Source of the DNA: Adineta vaga
Taxonomy: Eukaryota > Animalia > Rotifera
Assembly: GCA_021613535.1 (NCBI GenBank)
Contig: CP075493.1
Span: 6,448,001-6,512,000 of the forward strand
DNA length: 64,000 nt
Direction: 5' to 3'
Shown here: positions 1-11,647 of the stretch, piece after piece
How positions within the stretch are numbered: the first letter of the stretch is position 1
Layout: each line of letters begins with the position of its first letter
Position numbers and translations under genes: made by a program
Notes under the pieces: generated by a model
Told to the model about the DNA's origin: nothing
What the model saw: only the letters and a program-made list of their open reading frames with translations
Databases searched by the model: none

Positions 1-3000
1 GTTTTTCATGAAATTAAAAATCCCGATGATGTTGTTTTTCTTCTTTTGTTCAATGCTTGTGCTCAAACGGAAACAAAAGATGCACTGAAGTTAGTTAAAA
101 ATGTTTGGAAAAAATTCTCATCAAACTTTCACTCAAATTCATATATTGTGTCGTCAGTAATTGATGCATTGATGAAATGTGGTGATGTAAAAGAGGGAGA
201 ATCAGTGTTCCGAAACTCAACAACGAAAGATTTATCTATATATGGATCGCTTATGAAAGGTCTGTATTTGCTTAGGTGACACAGATAACAAAGCAGTGTG
301 ATTTTTTTTAGGTTATGTAAAAAATGAAATGCCTGAAAAAGCAATTGATATTTTTCATCAAATTGAAAGTCCAAATGATGTTATTGTTCTTCTTTTATTC
401 AATGCGTGCGCTCAATTGGAAACGGAAGATGCCCTGAATTTAGTCAGAGATGTTTGGGGAAAACTTCTCCCAGAATTTTGTTCCAACTCGTATGTTTTAT
501 CATCAGTGATCGATGCCCTGATGAAATGTGGTGATGTAAAGGAAGCAGAATTTGTATTTGAAAAATCAACAACGAAAGATTTACCTATGTTTGGAGCATT
601 ATTGAAAGGTTTGTACTCACTCTAATGATACTCTCATTAAAATATAGATATTTGTTTACTAGGTTATGTTAAACATGAAATGCCTGAAAAAGCAATTCAT
701 CTATTCGATCAGATAAACAATCCTGACGACGTTGCTATTCTTCTTCTATTTAATGCTTGTGCACAATTGGGTAACAAAGATGCATTAGATCGAGTTAAGA
801 ATGTTTGGAAAACGATTCCATTGAAGTTTTATACAAATACTAATCTAGTAGCATCATTGATCGATGCATTAATGAAGTGTGGTGACGTTGAAAGTGCACG
901 ATCAGTATTTGATTCATGTAAATCAAAAACATTACATATGTTTAACGCACTTATGAATGGTTTGTATCTATTTTGATTGCGAATGAAATCAAATGTAGTT
1001 GTTTATCTTCAGGTTATATAAAAAATCAAAAGTCTGAACAAGCGATCAGTATTTTTAAGCTGATTAAAACTCCTGATGCTGTTACAATCACCATTCTGTT
1101 GAATGCTTGTGCTCAACTGAAAACGAAAGAAGCATTGGAATTAGTGAAAGATGTGTGGAACAGACTTCCATCCGAATTCGTCTCAAATGTCTATGTTAAA
1201 TCTTCGATGATTGATGCCCTGATGAAATGTGGTGATGTAAAGGAAGCAGAATTTGTATTTGAAAAATCAACAACGAAAGATTTACCTATGCTCGGAGCAG
1301 TTATGAAAGGTCAGAAATTGTTTAGGATGGAAAACCTATAGTTTCATTCATATATTTTATTTCAGGCTATATTGTTAACGACATGGCACCTAAAGCAATA
1401 AGTCTATATAATGAAATAAAAAGTGGGTTTTTTTGAGGAAGAGAATCTCTCCATGAGAATATTGTATTTGGTGTGCTGATTTAGAAAATAATGCCAACCA
1501 ATTGAATGACATTCTTCATATACTTGCAATTAATGCTGCAGCTAAAACTGGAATGTTCTCGCAATGTCAATCGATCGTTAAAGCAATTCCAGTCGAGCTT
1601 TTGTCCACTCATAAATTTGCTGCGGCATTTATTGATATGTGGGTATGACCGCAAACTGTATTTTTTTAAAAGTTTTCGACAAGAGATATATTTATAAATT
1701 TAGGGCAAAGCTGGATCTATTGTAAAAGCAGAAGAAGTCTTTCAGCAGCATTCACCACTAGATCGTGCCGGCTATGGAGCAATGAGTAAGATTCTTGCAA
1801 AAATTTGCTTAAGAATTTTGTCTTTTTATTTTTTGTAGTTAATGCTTATGGATTGAATGGAATGGGTTTAAAAGCAGTTGAGCTTTTTCATCGTGTTCCG
1901 TCCGAATATATTGATGAACCAACCAATGTTTCTGTTCTTAATGCTTGTTCACATTCAGGTCTTGTTGACGAAGCTCGATCCATCTTCAACAATATTCAGA
2001 ACAAAACAGAGCGTATATATACTGTCATGGTAATGAACGTTATATGTTCTTTGTATCGCTTAATACTCAACTGATCTCCTTTTTTTGCAGGTTGATGTTC
2101 TTAGCCGAGCATTTCTTTTTGAAGAAGCTGAAGCATTGATCAATGAGTATGAACAAACTCATCCACCTTTGTTGCATATGTATAGTAAGTACATATTTCT
2201 TCGATTCGCCTTCGACTTTAAAAGAAAATATGCTTGGGAAAGAAGTATATATTTGAATCTGATTGGGAAATTAATTAGGGATGATCAGTTTTCATTTGAG
2301 AGCTGTTACTCTTTTTCTATACATTATTCAGTGGCTTTGATAGAATAAAACAATTATTTATGATATTTATTCAGAAACAAATACTATTTTGAATGATAGA
2401 CAGTGCGCACACAGATGAATAAACTTTCCCTGTTGGTTGCAACTGATAAACCAAAGCTCTTAGCAATAAAGTTACTTATCTTTAATTATAAACAAATATT
2501 CAAACAAAAATTACTTTCTTTTTTTTGTCTCAACTTTTGTGTAGTGGCATTATTGTCCGGTGCCAGAAATAGTAGAAACAAACATCTAGGTGAAAAGATG
2601 TATCATCGAATGAAAATAATCTTTCCGCAATCATCTGATCCACTGGTGCCAGCTACAGTACTATTATCAAATATTTATTGTGCAACAGGTGATTTAGAGA
2701 AAGCATCAACAATTAAAAATGATTTAATCAAATCAGGTGCAAAAAAACGAGTTGGTTTGACATGGACCGATACTAATGGTGAAATATTCGTAAGTTCATG
2801 ATCAAGAAAAAGTGTTTCTGTGGATATGAATTTTGTTCTTTTTAGGAATTTCGTGCACATGATCAATCTCATCCACGTTCTGCTGAAATATATATCGAAC
2901 TAGAAAAGATCTCAAGAGAACTCATTCAACATGGTCATACATAGAATTCCAGTTGGATCACACGTCCGATACAAGCAGATGAAACTGTAGAATCTGTACT

Positions 3001-3271
3001 TTGTGGGCATAGCGAAAAGCTGGCAATAGCATGGAATTTTGTCGCAAATCCCAATACAAAAATGATTCAAGTGACAAAAAACTTGCGAGTTTGTGGAGAT
3101 TGTCGTAAGTATTTCTTGGATTTTTGTTTTTATTCTCTAATTATCTATGGTATAGATGAAGCAACAAAATTGATTGCTGCGATTCGTAAATGTCATATTA
3201 TCGTTCGTGATGCGAATCGAATACATCACTTTGGACCTGATGGTGTTTGCTCGTGCAACGATTATTTCTGA
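1..3271 (+). CDS. PLS-class pentatricopeptide repeat protein with E1/E2/E+ and DYW deaminase domain, copy 1 (5' end outside window; in-frame TAG at 2942-2944)
   Basis: Exons read by hand: <1-259, 312-608, 663-959, 1013-1309, 1366-1422, 1485-1642, 1704-1785, 1839-2029, 2091-2184, 2545-2789, 2846-3104, 3156-3271; all introns GT-AG. PPR motifs (LFNACAQL, SLIDALMKCGDV, VLNACSHSGLVDEA), E motif (VLLSNIY), PG-box-like KKRVGLTW, then FRAHDQSHP, HSEKLA (HxE), KNLRVCGDCH (CxxC), IIVRDANRIHHF, and C-terminal CSCNDYF. Confidence 0.93.
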
Positions 3272-4200
3272 ACGATATCCTTCTTCATTTTGTATCGGTG
3301 AATTTCAGTTTTTTTCCATGTATGATTGAATCTCAATAAAAGAATTTATATTCATTTTTGTTTGTTTGTCGTTTTATTCAAGATATGGATGAGAGTTTGA
3401 GTATTCATTGAATACAGAAGTATTTGTTCGTAAAAAAACGCTGGTTTCTTTTCAAGATTTTCAATTGTTTTTATAACTTCTTTAGGTGTACCTTCGGCAA
3501 AAAAACATTTTTGAATTAATTTCTGAAATAGAAGATAATTCTTTTTAATAGCTTGATATGCTATTTTAATGTAATTAACTGTTGGATTGGAAAGATAATT
3601 ATGATTAGATTTATCATATAAATAATCATCAAGATTTTTTGCAAATATATCAAGAAGTTCGCTTGAATAATTTTCGATATGTTTAACAATTTCTTCTTCA
3701 ATTTCATATTTATTAGCATAATTCTCATCCCAATGATATAATGTTTTTTCTAAGAAAAAATTGTATTCTTTTCCATAAGTTAAAATTCATTTTCTTCCAA
3801 TGAATTTATTGTTACTTGAAATGTTGGAAGAGATTTTTGTACAATTATTCAACAAAAAGCAGCTCTTATTATAATCACATCCGGTAATGATGAATTGAAA
3901 ATATTTTCAAGTGATTGATTTAATTCATTTGAAATCTTTTGTTTTCTACTCGATTTTGGTGTTGAAATATAGATAATTTCCAAATGTAAGTAAACAAATA
4001 TTTAAAACATTAGATGAATATGACCCTTCAGTAATCAATTGCAAAGCAGCATAATATGCAAAATATTTTAAAGATTTATCTGTTTGATACTCAGAATATT
4101 TTTCCATCTCTGATAAAGTATTTGATTTAATTATTAAATAACAAGAAATATTTTCAATAATTTTTGAAAGATTTTTCTTAATTGATAAATTTAAATAATT
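1366..4200 (+). repeat. Segmental direct repeat, unit A (3' half of PPR-DYW gene plus 3' end of NACHT gene)
   Basis: Nearly identical to 18342-21116 (offset 16916 nt after the long intron); identity stops abruptly at 4200/21116. Confidence 0.95.
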
Positions 4201-6854
4201 AATTATTTATTTTGCAACTTTCAAGCTCATAATTTTTCCATACGATGAAAAATCATTCCATAATTGATCTAATTCTTTCTTATTTGTAAAGTTTCCATAT
4301 CAAATGCTAATTCTGTCATATACATTAATGATAGAAGAAGAGTATTCGATAGATAAAATGATGTTTTTTTAATAAAATATTTTTTGAAGAAAATAGTAGA
4401 ATTTAAATGAAAAACTTCGGAGAGTTTGGAATTTTTTTAATAAATATGAATAAACAATGTGAAAGATTAGAATTACTGAGTTTTTGTTTCAATGCTATGA
4501 ATACTGCTTCTTGATTGTGTTTATCATTGGAGAATTTCTCAATAATAATTTGAGGCATTTGATGAAACGCTAATGGTTGATATTCGTGTATTGAATAACA
4601 TCGCATGAATAATAATGTTCCTATTAATAATGGAAGATTTCGCAATAAATTTTGCAATAAATTGATCATTTTTAATTTTAAATCTTCTCTTCGTTTGATT
4701 TCAAAGATCAATGGGTTTTCATATTCAAAAGAATACTAAAAGCAAAGATTTGTTAGATTGGATTATTTATATTTGTTACAATAATATACATTTCATGACT
4801 TTCTTCAATTGAAATATTTAAACATTTAATAACTTGGAAACGATATTGAGCTTGAAAAAGCCCTGCGAATACAAGTGATGTAATTAAGAATTGTAAATCT
4901 TTTCGATCATTTTCTAGTAAATTATTCGCATGAAAAACACGTTGTCTTTCTATTCCAGTAAGTTTTTTCAAATCGATTAGTTCATCAATACACATTTGTT
5001 CAAAGAGAAGCGTTTACTAAACTAACGATATTTTTCGTTTTGTTTTGTAATAAAAGAGTGAGAAGATAATTTTCAATCATATAATTAGGAAATGGTAATC
5101 GAAATCTAGATAGAGCAAGATAATAGTTCGAATTATTCGTATCAATATGTTCTAAATGTATTAAAGATTGTAATAAAAATAGAACTCGTGATAACAAATT
5201 CATTTCATTGATGAAATCGTTAATCATACAATACTATAAATTTTGTAGATGTTGTTGTATAAAAGTAAATGATTTTGATGAAATTTGTTCAGCAATTTCT
5301 ATTGAATTTTTTTCATTTGTATGATTTTTGTTATTTCGTATAGGAAGAAACTATTTTAGTGTAAATGAAAGAATAAAACATAATAATAATGGATTGGTTA
5401 TGAAGAATTTGGCACGTTTTTTAAACATATATTCAATAATATTCGATCGTCGAGTTGATAAATATTTCATCATTTCTTGATTTAATTCAATACCTTCATC
5501 GGACGAAATCTTTAAAATACTTTTTTCAGCTTCTATCATCCATTTCTTAATACATATTTTTGATTTTTTTATGTTCCATTAATACTAATGAATAATGATG
5601 AATATAGGAACCAAGAATTGGATAAAATTGATAACCAATTGTACGACTTATTAGAATTAGTTGATTTTCACTCGTTGTTTTCGGTGGTCCTTTTTCATAA
5701 TAAACTGTTTTTCCATCAGGTAAGATTGATCTGTGTGTTATATCATCAAATGAAGAACTAAAGTCAGGAGTACATATAAGACCAATAATTTCTTCTCTTC
5801 GACGAACATCATCAATTTCATCAAGTCCATCGAGAAGAATCAATGCGTGACCACGATCTATAAATTCTTCAAAGATATTTTCTTTCTCATCAGAAAGAAT
5901 ATTAATATAATCTTTTAATGTTTTAGTTTCATGTTGATAAAGCCACGTGGAAAATTCATTAATACGAACTAAAATTGGAATACGAGTTGGAACGTATCGA
6001 TTTCTATTTAAACTAACTTGTTCTTGATTATGCTAAGCAGCTTCAGCAAAGATATACATAATCCATCGAAAAAGTTTAGATTTTCCACTTCCCGGATTCC
6101 CTAGAATAACAATACATCGATCATATTCTAACAGTTCTTCAATTGTTTTTGATTTACCAAATCCAAAGAGTTCTTCTTCAATCGAAGGTAAAAATTGTTC
6201 AAATCATGATTGACTGTTCGACATGTTCCAATAAATGTAGCAAAATGACCATCAATATTTGCTAAAAAACGATTTGAACAATCAAGTCTTATATCAATAC
6301 ATTGCAGATGTTCTTCAATTGAACTTTTTTGAATGCTTGATGGTTGATTTAATTGACAATTATTACGAAGAAAATCATTGATATTTTCTATTAAATCATT
6401 TACTTGTACTTTTGAATAAAGATAAATACAACTTTGAAGATATTCGTTGATAAATTTCGCATTTTCATTTATTAATTGTTTTAAATTCTTTCGTTTCCCA
6501 AATTTTCGTTGAAATTCTATTTCACGTTGCATTAGTTTCTTCTCATTTTTGATTTTTTTAAGAAAATTATTCCAATTTTTGTCCATACTTGCTTCACCAT
6601 TTGGACCTTTAAGCACATAAATTAGATCATCATATAGACTAAATCCAAAAATCTTCCACAAGTTTGTTATTGTTACTCATTAAGCCATCTAATTGTCGAC
6701 AAAATAATTCAATCCATTCATTTTCTGTTGAATTTAGTTTAATAAAAAGATCACGAATATCATTTAAAGTACGTTGATAAATAACAGTTTTCAATGTTTC
6801 GTTTTCTGATAAATATTCGATTGACTTTATCGCACGTGTAATTACCTTATGCAT
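3374..6854 (-). pseudogene. Decayed NACHT-family NTPase gene
   Basis: Minus strand gives Walker A CIVILGNPGSGKS (~6079-6117), then RIPILVRINEF and Walker B GHALILLDGLDEI (~5820-5852). The frame is broken by stops (e.g. TAG after FAEAA) and frameshifts into many short ORFs. Likely C-terminus ...SHPYLE* at 3374. Confidence 0.8.
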
Positions 6855-7133
6855 AACTTATTCAACAAGGAATAATTTTTATGATGCAATGTTTTAGTTT
6901 TATAAAAATATAGCATTTACTTGTAACGATTTTAAGACAGAAATAGGTTTAGCGTTGATAGAATACCATTGTCTTTTTTGTTTCTTTATGCTATATTGTT
7001 TCATATAAAGCAAGTGTGCACATCTTTTCCTCCAGAATAGAGAACGAATTTGAATGTAAGTGGAAAAGAAAATAAATATAAGAGAAATTTGAGACAGTTT
7101 GTTAAAGTCACATAGGAGGTATTGCACATAAGC

Positions 7134-7400
7134 CATCTCATAACTTTGCTCAATGATCATCTCCAATTTGGCTGATATTTGTACAGTAGGTAGACCATGT
7201 CAAGTTAGAAAGAAATCCCAAAATTTCAGCTCAAACGAATAAGCCGTTCCAGAGATATAAACGTTACAAGTGCCGGGACAGATGTTTAATTTGAGCACTT
7301 TTTCGTCGAACTGCTTTTAGTAAATTTTGAATATCTCACGAATAATATAAGATAACAACGAGATTTTTTTACCACGAATACTCTCCGAGATGGGCTATCG
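7134..7400. mobile_element. Possible DNA-transposon/MITE relic
   Basis: Non-coding segment with ATAACTT...AAATTT...GAGATAT / ATATCTC motifs reminiscent of DNA-transposon subterminal regions; no clear TIR pair found. Confidence 0.25.
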
Positions 7401-8179
7401 TTTGATAAATTTGACACTGATTACAGCAGCTCTTAATTTCATTATTTAATTTATATTTAAGTACTAATTTAAGAAAAATCAATAATATGGTTTTATTAGC
7501 AAGCAACGCTCATCTGTAGGATTCTCTGACCCCTTTCTGAAAGAATTATAATGATGATTAACGCATCTATATTCTTTAAAAAAACTCTCTTAAAGAGAAG
7601 AAACACTGATCAAAATTTCTTTCCTTTATTTTATGTTTTGATTTTGTTCAGCATCATTGAAAACCTCTAGATCCAAATTTTTGGCGCATTTGGTTGAACG
7701 AATAAAAAAAATACATCAATTCTACTGACTAAGCACTCCAAAAACTATTTTGAGATTTTGTCAAAAAATATGCCTAGAAATCGAGGTTTGTTTAGACTCT
7801 AAGAGCTATATGGAATTATTCGTTTGATATATTAAAAGATACCGCATCGAAAACTAAACAAAATCCTCTATTTAGATATTATCTTTCTGTGGACTGATCG
7901 GTACTAGTCGAACATAAAAATACGTAAATTTGATGAGTATGATGATATTAATTGTTTCCTGTAATGACAAACTGGTTGAGTAGCTAACCGCCTCTCACGG
8001 TATGATGTTTATTGACTACTCTACATGACCAGAATGTCCCTACTTCACAATAAGACACACGCTTATATAGAGAGAGGAAGAGAAGTGTACATACAGACCA
8101 ATGAAGCGAAGATAAGAACGAAAGAATGAACCGAGAAGTCAAACGGTAATACGACCGATAGAATGATATTGTTCTCGTC

Positions 8180-9000
8180 ACATTTCCATCTATTGGCTTT
8201 CATACATATAATATCTGATGTGATGAATAAAACTTCAGTAGAAAGAAAATAATTGATAAGAAACTGTTCAAAAATATCAACTACTTCAGATTTGAATTTA
8301 AAAGACGCATATGTCAAATCAATCAACATCATGTCACATAAATTTGGTTGTGTAGGACCATATTGACGTAATAAATTTACTGATAAATAACGAAATCATT
8401 GAACATATGATAATAAACAAATCAATTGATCGAAATTAATTGAATCATCGATGATTAGTTATTCGATTGAACTATATGAGAAAGCCATAACGTATTGTGT
8501 ATATTTCGGAAAGTAGAGGTAATTGATCTCAAATTGTGTAGAAGGGAAATAATATGAAAGTGTTCCACAATAGATTTTTAATGTTGAGAAAATCTGAAAT
8601 AAAACAGTTTCTCGTAATATTAACGTAAAATACGATATCAACTAAAAATTAAATAGGTTTCTAAAAAAAACAGTCGAATCTTCCAGTTAGGTCTTCTATT
8701 ATAAACCTATAGATTTACGTAAATCAATAGACATCATTATATTCTACAGAAAAATAAAATAATAGGAATCTATTGAAAGACGATAATATGAGAAAGATAT
8801 ATCACATGGTGCTTTAAACAAATATTACCTTTAAAAGACAATGATCAAGAAAATATTAAAACATTTATGATAATTAAATGAAGATAGAGCTCCTCTAATA
8901 AATTACTGCTTATGTCTATGAATAATAAAAAAAATGAGTGGAAATATAGATGAGATTTACGAAACGTTAGTTTTTAATTTTGTTCTCATTTCGTAAGTCT
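8180..9000 (-). pseudogene. Degenerate relic of a lineage-specific F-box/leucine-rich family gene
   Basis: Minus-strand fragments YSSIE*LIIDDSINFDQLICLLSYVQ*FRYLSV...DIFEQFLINYFLSTEVLFIT...MKANRW resemble the leucine-rich body of expanded bdelloid F-box proteins (recalled pattern); contains internal stops. Confidence 0.4.
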
Positions 9001-10729
9001 AAATATGGAAGTTTTTATCTCTTTTGCTATGAAAATAGAAAAGAAGAACTTCTTCTACACAAGACATTAACAGTATTATCTGTTTTCCTTTGAATCTAAA
9101 ACAATGAAGAAAAGAGCGAACAATTATATACTCTATAATTTTGGTCAATATGTATATCTTTTCTGATAGATGAGAATTTTTTTTATCTGAAAACATCGAG
9201 TATCAAAAAATAAAGAAAAAGAATGTATTGAATTTTTTGTATGGATTCAATAGTTATTTATCTAAGTATGACAATCGATTATATTCGTTTACAGTCGATT
9301 ATTTTAAAATTTATAAGATCATCTTTCTAATGACTCTTGAAAATGTCTTCATTTTTATCTTGTTTATGATCCAAAACTCATTTGAATTCTCATTGTATGG
9401 ATGCTGTGAAATTGTTCAAAGGTTATAGATGACTATATTATATGAGTTCGATATTTTTTACAAATATATTTAGAACATTTCAATCAAAATTGATCAAATC
9501 AATTCAAACGAAGTTTATCCTTAATTATGCCATCTCTTTTCGGCTAATGTTAAATATGATTTGTTAAAATACTAATATTATATGAAAGGAAATATCCATT
9601 TAGTGTAAATATGACAATTATATACTTCATCAATACATTCATAGTCAAAAAGTCCCTGATCAATATGCCACTGGTTCAATGAAAAAAATGTCATAATATA
9701 TGCGTTGCTGGTATATTTTCGAAGAATCTTCATGACAATTGATGAATTTAGAAAGGCAGTTAACATCGATTTCTCAAAAAAAACAAAATCGCCATATTAG
9801 ACAAACAAACTATTATGGATGTATATTCAACAACTAAATGTTCATTATCATGTGTATTTAATTGAACGTATACAGCAAGAAAAATTTCAATAGATCTAGT
9901 ATAGTCGGTTTCATCGACACCGATGATGAATGTATTCAAAAAGAAATATGTGTGAACTCGAGATAGAACTACTTCACCACTCGCGAATCATTGCTACTCT
10001 TGTAATTCTCTGAATGTCAATGAGAGAATAGGAATGGAATATAAGTACCAGTTACCATATAAACATGAAACACTCTTTGTGTTTACAAATGCATCTCGCC
10101 GCATTTCGTTGAAACTCGAATATATCGGATAATGCATCCAGATGCGATTTATACCGTAAATTATGTCTATACGCAGTTGTTAGTAGAGCCTGAGATGGAA
10201 ACTTTTCTCTAGAAAGTTTCTATTATAATTATGTTGAAATATGTACGAATACAAAACATCTTTCTATCTTTAAACATCAAACGTCAAATTCAAGAAGCAA
10301 CTAAATGAAGTTATAAAACTCGTCATCCACTCTATCTTGACGTCAACCCCAACTCTCTAGCGTTCCAAATATAGCAAAGATTTCCGATGTACTCAGGTAT
10401 TAAACTAAGCTCTCCATTACGAAAAATATTCAAAATGAAGTTCGGAAGCATCTTCTGCCACGTTTTTAATCACAACATAATGTTTAAGAGATAATTTCCC
10501 AGTCGTTCGCAATAGATCAGTGATAGGAATGAGTGCAGCAGACCCATTAAAAGTCTTATATGATGCGCCAACGGTCGTCCTTCTACTTCATACCCTTTGC
10601 ATTGTTCAAAATTTTTGATGAGACACTCTCTTAAGACTAGACAGCTTCAGAAGATATGACCTTATACCCATCAAACTTCCCGCATAACTGATAAATTATA
10701 GTGCATTTTAAACACGCACGAGTGATTGG

Positions 10730-11424
10730 ATACTAGGTACAGTACTTTGTACTTTTGGTATTTTTCCTCGAGAAATTAGGGTACTTAGTACATTTTTCTA
10801 GCACATAGACTTATGCCTAGTATTTATACTTTGTACTAAATACTTAAATTTAGGTACAATTACTTTAGTACAATGTAATTTAGTACCGGTACTATAGTAC
10901 ATGTGAACTGAGTACGGTATTAGTACTTCGTATAAGTACATTTGGTTAATATTTTGTTTTTGCATAATTTTGAAGAGTCTATTCATAGGCTAGAATTGCA
11001 AAATCTTTTAGAACATTATAACTATATTTATCTATTACCACTCGAAATTAAATAAAAATAGTATTGCCCATAAAAATGTATATAAATAATTATTAGATTT
11101 TTATCTTCAACTTTGTATTCCTTCTATAGATGTCACTAACGGATCCATATAGCGAGTATAAGTGCTAAAAATAATTATTAAAACTAAGAATGATATTTAA
11201 TACAAGTACATGTGATTGATTATTGATACTAGTACAATGTACCTTAGTAAAAGTACTAAAGTAAAAATATTTTAGTACAGGTACTAGAGTCCAAGGACTA
11301 TAGTGCATCAGTATTTAGTACTGTACTACAGTGACTGTACTAATGTAAAATACTTGATATTCTAAGTACCGAATATATTTGCGAAGTAAAAAGTAAATGT
11401 ACTGTAGTAACTGTACCGCTACTG
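10730..11424. repeat. GTAC/AGTAC-rich interspersed element, probably a non-autonomous DNA transposon
   Basis: About 26 GTAC words in ~690 nt by hand count, against ~2 expected at this base composition. They form two clusters (10737-10940 and 11206-11416) around an AT-rich core. Confidence 0.55.
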
Positions 11425-11647
11425 ATGCGATCACTGACACTCATGTTCGCTTTCTCGGACATACACAGATCAATAGTTTAGATGCAAAGCCATCTCTCAC
11501 ACACCAAACTCATGAGTTTACAACAAAAAACGCCATCATCCGATTAATACGACTTCGAAGCACAATGTGCAATTATTTTTCTACACATCAGTTTCCTCCA
11601 AAAACATTCTCCAGAAAAAAACACTACAAAACAACGTTCCTTGAACC

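Noticed and set aside
1506-1697. ORF-track peptides MTFFIYLQ... (also 18482-18763)
   Set aside because: Wrong frame; the real exon (1485-1642) encodes a PPR L-type motif in another frame.
2942-2944. Genome-wide TAG reassignment (alternative genetic code or pyrrolysine) to explain the DYW stop
   Set aside because: TAG is the apparent normal terminator of RUBCN, SYAP1, basigin and the F-box/LRR gene in this same window.
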